Virus record (IMG/VR): IMGVR_UViG_3300042544_001590
Location: 143,490-207,489 of that record
DNA: 64,000 bases
Reading direction: 5' to 3' (one strand)
Below, in pieces: positions 54,855 to 64,000 of this stretch; positions within the stretch are counted from its first letter, which is position 1; each line of letters opens with the position of its first letter. The translations under genes were made by a program, and so were the position numbers. The notes under the pieces were generated by a model, which did no database searches, was not told the origin of the DNA, and worked only from the letters and a program-made list of their open reading frames with translations.

Positions 54855-57257
54855 ATGGCAACACGCACAATAAATTCGGCTGGGGTAGAGATATTTGAGA
54901 GAGATTTAAGTCTAGTCGCACAGACGAACGTAGGCACGAATGTCTTTGTAGCTGGATATACCCCCCAAGGTTATTCCGACGAGGTTTTGAAAATCACCAC
55001 CAGAGATGAACTGGAATCAATCTACGGAACCCCAACCAATAGCGCAGAACGCTATTTCTATTACACTGTCCGCGAACTACTCAACTCTCCTGCAAACATC
55101 TACACTTTCCGCCTTCCATATGGATCGGGAACTGGAGATGGATTTGGAACACAACATTCCGCTCTTGTATATCCTGTTGTTGCCGCTACTCCAACTGATG
55201 TAACAACAACCAGAAGCCTTGATCTTTCTGCTGCAACCTATTTCCTTGGAAAACCCTATCAGATTACCCTATCTGAAACGGAATTTGCCCAAGCCATGGA
55301 AGGAACCCTCTTCGATTGGTCTTCCACTGCTGGAAGTAGAGCGGAACTTATTTCTGGATTTTCCACTGACCCTCTTAGTGCGCTAACCTTAAAACAACGT
55401 ATGGGCAATGCTGGTGTCATTGTCTTTGATAAAGCCCAAACCACGATCAATAGCCAATTTGAAGGTTATTATGTCGGTATCGCAGATAACGTCAATCTCA
55501 ATCCTGCATCCAATTTTGATGCAATCACCCGCGCCTATACCACAAGCCTTACTGCTGGGGTGATTTCGGATTATACCCAGATTCCAAACGGAACTCTCCA
55601 ATTCAATCTCTCAGCTACTGCTGGAGGTGCCACTGGTAGTATCTCCCAAGTCATGGAGAACCTTACCGATTATAACATCGATGGTAGGGAAGATGATGAC
55701 CTTCTGAATGTTGGTGTGTTTAAGCTCCGCAAGAGTGTTTATGCAACCGAAGCGTTTAAACTGGATTATGTGCTTGATGACCGTATCGTGGGTTCCATTG
55801 ATACCTTCAGAACTCAACTCAATCCAAATGGTGGACCATCGGTTCCATTCTTCCTTGAGACTCAGGATACCAATTCCCGCAACGTGGAAATCATGGTCAA
55901 CCCATTCATCTCCAACAAATTCACACAATCCTCGCTGGATTCTTCGGGTAATCCTCTCAAGAAAATCCGTGTGGTGACTGAGAGCTTGCTTAATACTGAA
56001 TATGCATCCATTTCTGCTGCATTAGGTATTACAACCACTACCTCTACCGCGCCCGCTCTTAGTGCTAACTTAACGGTAGCCAATACATATGCTCTTTCTG
56101 GTCTTGATGCAAGCGTGGGAGTCGCAAATGCCCTGTATCCTCTTGGTGTTTACAACCCTGTCAAGATTACCCAAAAGATCATCGGCAATGTTCCAACCAA
56201 GATCAACCGCGCTCTGGAATCCATCAAGAATGATGAAATCTATGACATTGATGTGGTTGTCGAAGGTGGTCTGGGAACGATCTTTACGATGATGTCTGCT
56301 GCGGGAACTGATTACTATGATGACACCCTCTACAATACCGCTCTGAAGACCAAGGTGGATACCCTGAGAACTTCGGGTGACATTTCCAATGATGCGGTTG
56401 CAACCGATCTCCGTGCCAATTACAGCGCGATCTTCAACCAATTTGAGAATTTCTGTAACCTTCCAAGCAATACTGGTGGTCGTGGAGACTGTGTGTTCAT
56501 TGCTGATCCAATCCGCCACATCCTTGTTACGGGTAGAAACACCAAGATTCTCTCCGATAGAAACAAAAATTTCCAAAAGGATGTTTATTGGGCAATGCGT
56601 CACCAATTTGAATTGGAAAACACTTCCTATGCTGCCACCTATGGTAACTGGATTCTGGGTTATGATGATTTCAGCGGTGAAAAGGTTTGGCTTCCATTCT
56701 CTGGATACCAAGCTGCTATCATGGCCCGTAGCGATGCTGCGGAATTCCCATGGTCTGCTCCTGCCGGATTTACCCGTGGTCTGGTGACTAATGCTCTGGA
56801 TATTGCAATCAATCCGAATCAGAAACAGCGTGATGAGTTCTACAAGATCAACATCAACCCTGTCATGTTCTCTCCCGCCCAAGGTGTGGTTGTGTTTGGT
56901 CAGAAAACTATGAGCCGCAAACCAAGTGCATTTGATCGTATCAATGTCCGTAGGCTCTTCCTCGCTCTGGAAAGACCTACCAAGAAAGCTGCTCAATTCT
57001 TCGTGTTTGAACCCAACAACGAATTCACCCGCACTCGCTTGGTGAACGTTCTCACTCCGATCTTCGAATTTGCGAAACAGAACGGCGGTTGCTACGATTA
57101 TCTGATCGTTTGTGACGAACGGAATAATACTCCCCAAGTCATTGATACCAATGAGTTGAAAGTTGACATTCTTATCAAACCAACGAGAACCGCCGAGTTT
57201 ATTTTAATAACTTTTACGGCTACCCGTAGTGATGCCAACTTTGAAGAGTTGATTTAA
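54855..57257 (+). CDS. contractile tail sheath protein (gp18-like)
   Basis: S.GVEI.E.DLS, PW.APAG..RG, INP, FGQKT, SAFDRINVRRLFL, FEPN. Confidence 0.95.
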   Translation: MATRTINSAGVEIFERDLSLVAQTNVGTNVFVAGYTPQGYSDEVLKITTRDELESIYGTPTNSAERYFYYTVRELLNSPANIYTFRLPYGSGTGDGFGTQHSALVYPVVAATPTDVTTTRSLDLSAATYFLGKPYQITLSETEFAQAMEGTLFDWSSTAGSRAELISGFSTDPLSALTLKQRMGNAGVIVFDKAQTTINSQFEGYYVGIADNVNLNPASNFDAITRAYTTSLTAGVISDYTQIPNGTLQFNLSATAGGATGSISQVMENLTDYNIDGREDDDLLNVGVFKLRKSVYATEAFKLDYVLDDRIVGSIDTFRTQLNPNGGPSVPFFLETQDTNSRNVEIMVNPFISNKFTQSSLDSSGNPLKKIRVVTESLLNTEYASISAALGITTTTSTAPALSANLTVANTYALSGLDASVGVANALYPLGVYNPVKITQKIIGNVPTKINRALESIKNDEIYDIDVVVEGGLGTIFTMMSAAGTDYYDDTLYNTALKTKVDTLRTSGDISNDAVATDLRANYSAIFNQFENFCNLPSNTGGRGDCVFIADPIRHILVTGRNTKILSDRNKNFQKDVYWAMRHQFELENTSYAATYGNWILGYDDFSGEKVWLPFSGYQAAIMARSDAAEFPWSAPAGFTRGLVTNALDIAINPNQKQRDEFYKININPVMFSPAQGVVVFGQKTMSRKPSAFDRINVRRLFLALERPTKKAAQFFVFEPNNEFTRTRLVNVLTPIFEFAKQNGGCYDYLIVCDERNNTPQVIDTNELKVDILIKPTRTAEFILITFTATRSDANFEELI

Positions 57258-57263
57258 TCCTAT

Positions 57264-57299
57264 AAAAAACCATATCTAATTATAGATATGGTTTTTTTT
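57264..57299. terminator. bidirectional intrinsic terminator
   Basis: AAAAAACCATATCTA...TAGATATGGTTTTTT. Confidence 0.85.
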
Positions 57300-57327
57300 G
57301 TATCTATTTGCTAAATACTAATGAAGT

Positions 57328-59154
57328 ATGAATGGGCTTATTGAAGATAACAACACTAAAGAGTATATTTTAAATCGTAAAAATAATGGAATGCCCTTAT
57401 CGAAATCTTTATTTAAAAGAAAATTTCAAAGTATCTTAAATGAAATAAATGATCATAATAACAAATACCTCTTAAAAAATGATAAATTTTCACAAGAAGT
57501 GTATAATTGGATATTTGATATTAAAGAAAATCCAAAATGTCCGCTAACTGGATTGGATTTAAAATTTGATTATCATAAATTTAAATACAGACCAGTTAGA
57601 GGGAAAGGCAAACATTTACCAGACGTTCAACAAATTATAACAAGCAAAAGATTGAAAAATTTTAGTTATAAGAAGTTGTATGAGTCTAAAAGAAATGTTG
57701 AGCCAGTTGAAATATCATTTGAAAAAATAAGAAAATTATTAAATAAAAATTTCAAAAATATTACTAATTTTGGGGGGTTTACCACCAAATTCTTATCAAG
57801 ATTTCCAGAATATTATAATTATGTGGATTCGGATCAATTTTTACCATGGTGTGAATCCTTTCAGGAAAAAATATATTGTATTATCAACAATATTCCAGAA
57901 TCAATAGGTAAAAAATACATGGGATTTGGAAAGGGATATTCCAAATATGCTGATTGGGTGGAGTATCGTAGAAGTAAAGCTGCCAAAAAAATGAATGCTG
58001 CCGTAGATTACGACAAAGATAAGACCATATTAGAACTTAATAAAAGAATCGAAGAGTTAAAATTAGCCAATAAAGCAACCAATAATTTACGACAATCTTT
58101 TATGGGAACCGATCCAAATTTAGTTAGAAGTATTTTTACCCATACCTCAGAGTATCCAGATATAAAATTCAGCAATAGGGTATTTTTATTACTCAATGGG
58201 CAACCAGTTCCAGATAAAGGTTATATAAAACCAGTATTTTTCAGTTTGGATAAAGGATATAGTATGAGATTTTCATCTCAAAATGGAACTTCCAAACCGG
58301 AACAAGAATTATTTGATTGGTTGGGGGGATACATACCAAATCTAAAAAAAGATAGAACGGTGTTAAATGGTAGAGAAATAGATGTATTTTCTGAAGAGAA
58401 TGGTGTAGGAATTGAATATGATGGTGTATATTGGCATAATTATGAAATAGTGGGTGATAAATCATTATTTTTGAAAAATCAATTGGCGAAATCAAAAAAC
58501 ATAAGATTATTACACATTTTTGAAACTGAATGGCTACAAAAACAGGATATTGTTAAGAGTATTATTCTTTCTAAATTTAATATTTTTGAAAATAAATATC
58601 ATGCTAGAAAATGTGATATTAGAACGGTTGATAGTAAAATTTGTGTTGATTTTTTAAACGAAAATCATTTACAAGGTAAAGATAATTCAAAATATAAATA
58701 TGGACTCTATCATAAGGATGAGTTGGTTTCGGTGATGACGTTTGGGCAACGAACCATTACGAAAAATCCACAAATGGAATTGATTAGATTTTGCAATAAA
58801 AAAAATACTACAGTTATTGGAGGTGCTGGTAAATTATTCAAACATTTCATTAAAACGCATAATCCAACATATGTTAAGACATACGCAAACGCCAGAATAA
58901 GTGATGGTGATATGTATAAAAAATTAGGATTCTCTTTCAAACACCACTCACCCCCAAATTATTGGTATTATAAACCAGAAGCAGCCAAAAAGATCAAATT
59001 GATGCATCGAAGTGGTTTTCAAAAACATAGGCTGTCTGGGATTCTTGAAAGATTTGACAAGGGTAAAACGGAATGGGAAAACATGAGCGATCATGGATAT
59101 AAGAAAATCTACGACTGTGGCAACCTTGTTTTTGAATATCAAAGAGAAAATTGA
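57328..59154 (+). mobile_element. Hef-like putative homing endonuclease with C-terminal GNAT/Mom-like domain
   Basis: S..E, EID, IEYDG.YWH, HIFE.EW nuclease motifs; then NHLQG, ELIRF, GGA.KL, Y..LGF, IYDCG; AT-rich; between sheath and tube. Confidence 0.7.
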
Positions 59155-59175
59155 TCCGAAAAGCTAAATAATAAC

Positions 59176-59745
59176 ATGGCGACCACAATTGAAAACTTTT
59201 TTAATCAGGCTTCTCAAAAGCAATTTGCAAGGGACTTCCTATTCCGTGTTAAACAAATCAGTGTTACTGGTCTTTCCTTAAATGGGGAGACTGATCTGAT
59301 TTATGCAAGAACCGCAACTTTTCCGGGACGAAACATCCAGAATAAGCAAGTCAACTTCAGTGGTCAAACATTCAACCTACCGGGAAAATCTGAATATCCC
59401 GGAGCAGAAGCATGGTCTATTGAATTCTATGTTGATCAAGACCTTGATATTCGTTCCAAATTGGAAGCTGCATCGAGAGTTTTATTCGATAATGAAACGA
59501 CCACTGGTAACATTTGTATGCCGGGATATGAATCCGTGATTACTCTTGATGTTCTACAAATCCCATGTCAACGTGGATCGAATGTTACATCTGGGGGGGA
59601 ACTTCAAGTTGGTAAAACAATTGAACTGATTGGTGCTTCCCTTAGAGACATTGGTGAAATTTCTTATGAGATTGCTGACGGAACGGGAGAAGTTAAAACC
59701 TTCAATGCGACTTTTGCATATCATTTCTACAAGAAATTTACGTGA
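59176..59745 (+). CDS. tail tube protein (gp19-like)
   Basis: R.FLFRV, PGR, W.I.FY.D, F.ATFAY; TAAATA-N5-ATG. Confidence 0.8.
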   Translation: MATTIENFFNQASQKQFARDFLFRVKQISVTGLSLNGETDLIYARTATFPGRNIQNKQVNFSGQTFNLPGKSEYPGAEAWSIEFYVDQDLDIRSKLEAASRVLFDNETTTGNICMPGYESVITLDVLQIPCQRGSNVTSGGELQVGKTIELIGASLRDIGEISYEIADGTGEVKTFNATFAYHFYKKFT

Positions 59746-59772
59746 GCTTAATCTTACGGATTAAGTATCTAC

Positions 59773-60375
59773 ATGGCTGGTCCTCAAATTAACGATTTCC
59801 TACAGGCATTTTCTGGTGATGCCAAATACTGCCTATCAATACCAGTATTATGGACTGTATCCATTGATGGTGTCACGGAATCGGCAATCAATAGCGTTCT
59901 ATCGGATGCTGGACAGAAATGGCAAGCTAAGATCGCTCCCAATGCCATGACGAAGAGCGGCACGATCCTCCCAGCCCAAGCAGTTACAATCCCACAAGAA
60001 TCATCCAATTTCTCCGCAATGGTAGCGGGGAATTCGTATGGTGGTTTCCTGCCGGGGTATGCTATGGATTCCCGTGCCGATTTCCTCTCCCGCAGCTTCT
60101 CCATCAACTTTCTAGAAACGAGACAGGATTTGGAACATGAGTATTTTCGTCCTTGGCAGATCGCCATTGGTATCAAGGGTTTGGTTGAGCGTGGAGTGAA
60201 TCTGAAGTCCACCATCACCGTGAAACAATACACCAATGATGGACAGCTTAGGAAAGGATACCGATTCAAAAGGGCATTCCCCACCGCTGTTGAGGGATTC
60301 ACCATGGATTATAATAACACGGATTATCCAATCAAGAGTGTGACATTTGCTTGTGAAAATTATGAGCAATTATGA
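59773..60375 (+). CDS. tail tube paralog/baseplate-tube initiator (gp54/gp19-like)
   Basis: INFLET, FRPW, AFPT, VTF; TAAGTA-N5-ATG. Confidence 0.65.
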   Translation: MAGPQINDFLQAFSGDAKYCLSIPVLWTVSIDGVTESAINSVLSDAGQKWQAKIAPNAMTKSGTILPAQAVTIPQESSNFSAMVAGNSYGGFLPGYAMDSRADFLSRSFSINFLETRQDLEHEYFRPWQIAIGIKGLVERGVNLKSTITVKQYTNDGQLRKGYRFKRAFPTAVEGFTMDYNNTDYPIKSVTFACENYEQL

Positions 60376-61070
60376 AGATTACTTTTAAAAATCTTAAAGA
60401 AATCTCCGAAAACGGGGACGATCATCTGATTGATTATCTTAACCAATTTTCAGGATATAATATTTACGAAAAGTTCTTAACAGTTCTCAAATGCTGGGAG
60501 CGTGATGTCTCCTATGACATGGGATTCACCGTGGAAGAGAAGAATGTGAAGGTATCCCTTTCATATTTTATAAAAGAATTGGAAAATTACGATAAGGAAC
60601 CCCTGATCATCAAAACCGATAATCTGGAATTTGAATTGGATGTCCCTCCACTATTTAAAAAGGGTTATGATATTTTTTCCATATCGGAGACGATCCGAAA
60701 GGTGAAATATGGAAAATCCGTTCTGGATTTCGCCAATGTTGGGGATAAATCTGCCTTGATTGAACAGCTTCCCGCATCCACATACAATATGCTGATCAAT
60801 GCCCTTCTTAAAAATGAATCCAAAACAGTCCGTTTTACCAATTCATCCCTAAAAAATATAAAAGTTAACTTTATGAGTAACGCTCCATATGAATTATTAA
60901 AAGGTCTTTGTAATCCCTATGGGGAAGATTACTATCGGGAAATCATATATCACTTGTCGTCCAAAATAGATGGTAATATACTCCTGAATTCCACCATGCG
61001 TGATATTGATTATTATGTGGATAAGCTCAATACTGAGAATACTTCAGAAAAAACACCACAATTGGGTTGA
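60372..61070 (+). CDS. putative baseplate hub assembly protein
   Basis: Position between tube genes and tape measure. Confidence 0.4.
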   Translation: MKITFKNLKEISENGDDHLIDYLNQFSGYNIYEKFLTVLKCWERDVSYDMGFTVEEKNVKVSLSYFIKELENYDKEPLIIKTDNLEFELDVPPLFKKGYDIFSISETIRKVKYGKSVLDFANVGDKSALIEQLPASTYNMLINALLKNESKTVRFTNSSLKNIKVNFMSNAPYELLKGLCNPYGEDYYREIIYHLSSKIDGNILLNSTMRDIDYYVDKLNTENTSEKTPQLG

Positions 61071-61102
61071 TTTTTTGAAATGACGGTGTAAATATGGTTA
61101 AT

Positions 61103-61300
61103 ATGAAATTGCGAGAGTTAATCGAAAAGCTTAATCACTATGACATGGATAGTGATGTGACTGTCCACGCCGCGAATGGAACAAAATCTTTAAAAATTAA
61201 AAGTTTTAATCTCCATACAGAACGCGAAATGGGAGATACTACAGAGCCTAGATTAACTTTAATTTGTTATGATGATTTTACGGTTTATACCCACAATTAA
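61103..61300 (+). CDS. hypothetical protein
   Basis: MKLRELIEKL..YD.D..V small phage protein pattern. Confidence 0.5.
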   Translation: MKLRELIEKLNHYDMDSDVTVHAANGTKSLKIKSFNLHTEREMGDTTEPRLTLICYDDFTVYTHN

Positions 61301-61322
61301 TTTTAATCTTAAATAAACACAT

Positions 61323-62057
61323 ATGGAAAACAACGTTCAACAATTCCTTGACAGCATTCAGGAACTCAAGGCAAAGAAATTCAAGGCATACCAAGCTTCT
61401 ACCAAAAAGGAAGTGGATTGCTCTCCCCTCACCTTCAAGCAACAGAAAGATATCATCGCCACGGTAGCGGACGGGACGGTGGGAGTTCTCAAGTTCCAAA
61501 AAATCCTCAATGACATTCTCATTGAAAATACCGAATCCGACACCCTTAAAGTGGAGGATAAGCTACCCCTGATTCTCAGAATTCGGGGAGAAAGCCTTGG
61601 ATATGATCTGAAGCTGGATGGAGAAGTCGGCAACATTGAAAGTAATGTCGAAAGCTCCCGTAAGATCAAATCTCCCAAGGAAAAGACGATCAATGGTGCT
61701 GTGGATGTGGTTCTGGCTACTCCCACTCTCAAGGATGAGAATAAGGTCATCAATTACTCCATTGAAATTCTCAAAAAGGATGGGGATAAGGATGCAGGTA
61801 AAAATATCGGTAATATCTACACTTTTGAAATCGTAAAATTTATCAAATCCGTGAAATTCGGGGAAAATGAGATTGTCTTTGCCGATACTCCCGTGAAGGA
61901 TCGTGTGCGGATCGTAGAAAATCTACCACTTTCCATTAATAAGGAAATTATCAAATATATCGAAGCTTTCAAGGAGGATGAACAATCCCATCTGAAAGTT
62001 ACGATCAATGGTGAGGAAAAGGCGTTTGATATTGATGTGAGTTTCTTTGATAATTGA
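61323..62057 (+). CDS. baseplate hub assembly protein (gp26-like)
   Basis: PLT.KQQK, D...L.LRIR..S.G, P.L, FF C-terminus. Confidence 0.65.
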   Translation: MENNVQQFLDSIQELKAKKFKAYQASTKKEVDCSPLTFKQQKDIIATVADGTVGVLKFQKILNDILIENTESDTLKVEDKLPLILRIRGESLGYDLKLDGEVGNIESNVESSRKIKSPKEKTINGAVDVVLATPTLKDENKVINYSIEILKKDGDKDAGKNIGNIYTFEIVKFIKSVKFGENEIVFADTPVKDRVRIVENLPLSINKEIIKYIEAFKEDEQSHLKVTINGEEKAFDIDVSFFDN

Positions 62058-62076
62058 TGCCTGATTAAATAATAGA

Positions 62077-64000
62077 GTGAATGTCGCTTTATTAGAAGAA
62101 CTTTTAGGATTGCTGAAAACGCTGAATGAAACCATTGGCGTTCCGCAGGGGGAATCTATAGAGGATAAGAACGTATTGCAGGGTAATAATCCCTCCGATC
62201 CCAACAAAAGGGTGACACCAACGCTCAATAGCAATGAGCGCAAGAGAACCACGGAAATCGCTTCCCTGTTCGCCAAAACATTCTTCGATTTCCAAAAGAA
62301 GAAGACACCCGATAAGGCGATCAAGACTTCCATTCAAAAAGTAACGGGTAAAACAGGGGAGAAAATCCAACAAGGGGGTGATAAGGTTGACAAAAAATCT
62401 TCTTGGTGGAAGATTCTTTTGCCATTAGTGATAGGTATTGGAGCATTAATAACTGGATTGATGACAGATGGCCCATTTAAAGGTGCTTTGAAAATACTTG
62501 CTAGATTAGGGTTGGGTATCGTTCAGAGGCAAATTAAAATGATACTCAGATTAGCACGGGGACTAATGCCCGATAAGTTAATAGGTAACTTGTTTGAAAA
62601 ATTAATACCGAAAAATTTCATAGGTAATTTAATTAAAAGATTATTACCCATTGATGATATTATCAAAGTTATCACAGGGGGTATGACAGGATTTATAAAT
62701 TCCCTGAAAGGGATGATAGGTGCGCCTTTCAAAGCTCTGGGGGGTATGGTAAAGGGTGGTGGTATAATGGCTAAAATGTTGAAATTTTTAAAGCCGATGC
62801 TATTGGTTCTCAAGAGAATCCCTCTAATTGGAACTATCATATCTTTCGGTTTTGCCATCTCTCGTTTCAGTAGTGGAGATACTGTTGGGGGTGTAATCGA
62901 TGTTTTAAGCGGATTGGCGGGATTACTCGATTTGGTAGCTCCCGGACTTGGCACAACTTTATCCATAGGCTTGGATGTTCTCAACGCATTTTTGGATGTT
63001 AAAACTGGTGGTGCCACTGGTAAACAACAAGGAGCTAAAATGGACTTGCTTGGAGATATGGCTAAAGGAATTGGTAAGTGGATATGGAAAAACGCTCTAT
63101 GGATTCCAGTTCTTGGAGGATTTAAGAGAATGTCTATGTCTTGGGATGCTTTCAAAAGCGGTGATATTATGGGTGGTCTTTATCAATTTGGTATGTCATT
63201 GATATCATTTACCGGAATGGTACCGCTTGTTACTGGTATTGAGATGCTGCTAGGATTTGGGGGAAAGAAAGAAAAGGATAAATCATTATCTCCTAAAACG
63301 GGATGGTTCTCTGGTTTAAAATCGTGGATTAAGAAGAAGTTAAAAGACTTGCCATGGGTTATTAGGAAGCCTTTGGAATGGTTTGGTATTTTGGATGATA
63401 CTGATGATAATACTGCCATTAAAACAAGTTTAATGAATAGTGCATATGATAACTTAAAAAAGTTTGCTTCTGCTATGTGGAGCGGAATTACGAGTGGTTT
63501 AACTTTAGTGGGTGATGCGTTGGTAAAAGGTATTACAATGCTTTATAATAATGTAAAGCAAACGCTTAATGACGCGGCTAAAGCGGTAAAGAAATCCGCA
63601 GTAGAGGTTCACAACAAGCAAGTCAAAAAATATCAGGGTCTTGCAGAAAAAGATGCAGCTACTAGGGTGGTGGAAAGTGTGAAAAATCCAATTGGAACCA
63701 TATATGGGGCAGGAGCGGAAATAGTCGGCATTGGAGCTACACGGAAACGTGCTGCTGCAAGCAAGGCGGCGGGTGATGAGACGCAAAAAAGGTTAATAGA
63801 ACGCGGAATCCTCAATCCAGATGGAACTCCTAAAAGCTACGATGAACGGGTAAAATCGGGTGTATCAAAACCGCGCCCATCACAGGAGAAAACGGTGGTA
63901 TCCGATGCAATCAATACTGTAAAGATTCCCCAAAAATCACAGGAGAAAACGGTGGTATCCGATGCAATCAATACTGTAAAGATTCCCCAAAAATCACAGG
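62077..64000 (+). CDS. putative tape measure/hub protein, 3'-truncated by window edge (not in ORF track)
   Basis: TAAATA-N5-GTG; frame read as open to the window end; Gly/Leu/Lys amphipathic helices, LKRIPLIG, hydrophobic segments. Confidence 0.7.
   Translation, partial: MNVALLEELLGLLKTLNETIGVPQGESIEDKNVLQGNNPSDPNKRVTPTLNSNERKRTTEIASLFAKTFFDFQKKKTPDKAIKTSIQKVTGKTGEKIQQGGDKVDKKSSWWKILLPLVIGIGALITGLMTDGPFKGALKILARLGLGIVQRQIKMILRLARGLMPDKLIGNLFEKLIPKNFIGNLIKRLLPIDDIIKVITGGMTGFINSLKGMIGAPFKALGGMVKGGGIMAKMLKFLKPMLLVLKRIPLIGTIISFGFAISRFSSGDTVGGVIDVLSGLAGLLDLVAPGLGTTLSIGLDVLNAFLDVKTGGATGKQQGAKMDLLGDMAKGIGKWIWKNALWIPVLGGFKRMSMSWDAFKSGDIMGGLYQFGMSLISFTGMVPLVTGIEMLLGFGGKKEKDKSLSPKTGWFSGLKSWIKKKLKDLPWVIRKPLEWFGILDDTDDNTAIKTSLMNSAYDNLKKFASAMWSGITSGLTLVGDALVKGITMLYNNVKQTLNDAAKAVKKSAVEVHNKQVKKYQGLAEKDAATRVVESVKNPIGTIYGAGAEIVGIGATRKRAAASKAAGDETQKRLIERGILNPDGTPKSYDERVKSGVSKPRPSQEKTVVSDAINTVKIPQKSQEKTVVSDAINTVKIPQKSQ
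63880..64000 (+). repeat. perfect 57-bp tandem repeat, 2 copies plus start of a third
   Basis: Encodes SQEKTVVSDAINTVKIPQK in frame. Confidence 0.95.

Noticed and set aside
56070-57137. 355-aa antisense ORF in the sheath gene, and similar shadows in uvsX, gp32, gp6 and the tape measure
   Set aside because: Expected from biased codon use of strongly expressed genes; no recognisable motifs
57170-59175. Duplicated sheath 3' end after the Hef-like gene, as seen at the LAGLIDADG site
   Set aside because: Only about 20 nt separate it from the tube gene and no convincing remnant can be read
63880-64000. CRISPR-like repeat
   Set aside because: Head-to-tail 57-bp copies with no spacer, in frame in a CDS
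1-64000. tRNAs, introns and inteins
   Set aside because: Intergenic gaps are too short and show no cloverleaf. UvsX, helicase, primase, clamp loader and terminase have normal lengths and continuous motifs.
1-64000. Host assignment
   Set aside because: Lack of Shine-Dalgarno use and the sugar/sulfate enzymes are suggestive but do not identify a host without searches

Overview
A 64 kb segment of a large, AT-rich T4-like myophage genome. It uses the standard genetic code, is densely coding, and I saw no tRNA, rRNA or CRISPR array. The left part (about 0.9-20 kb) holds replication and recombination genes: UvsX, gp41 helicase, a DHH protein, gp32, gp45 clamp and gp61 primase. A minus-strand baseplate/fibre block (22.6-38.9 kb) includes gp6 and gp25. 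The gp44 clamp loader is in an operon with dTDP-rhamnose enzymes. A plus-strand late block carries a repeat fibre, a glycosyltransferase, a sulfotransferase, the neck, terminase, sheath, tubes, hub and tape measure. Main observations: (1) A candidate virion glycosylation/sulfation system, made of sugar-nucleotide enzymes, three glycosyltransferases, a sulfotransferase, a mucin-like protein and an L-S-[A/G/S] tripeptide strongly enriched in outer virion proteins that may be the acceptor sequon. (2) About 14 unrelated proteins, including a protein kinase and a GNAT-like enzyme, share a T4 internal-protein-like N-terminal targeting/cleavage peptide and mostly have late promoters, suggesting a packaged effector repertoire. 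(3) Three promoter classes are positioned to give leaderless mRNAs, and one novel motif supplies the stop codon of the upstream gene. (4) Clear scars of gene replacement: a methylase stub next to a Mom gene, and duplicated gene 3' ends around two insertions. All functional calls come from motif recognition by eye; no searches were run.
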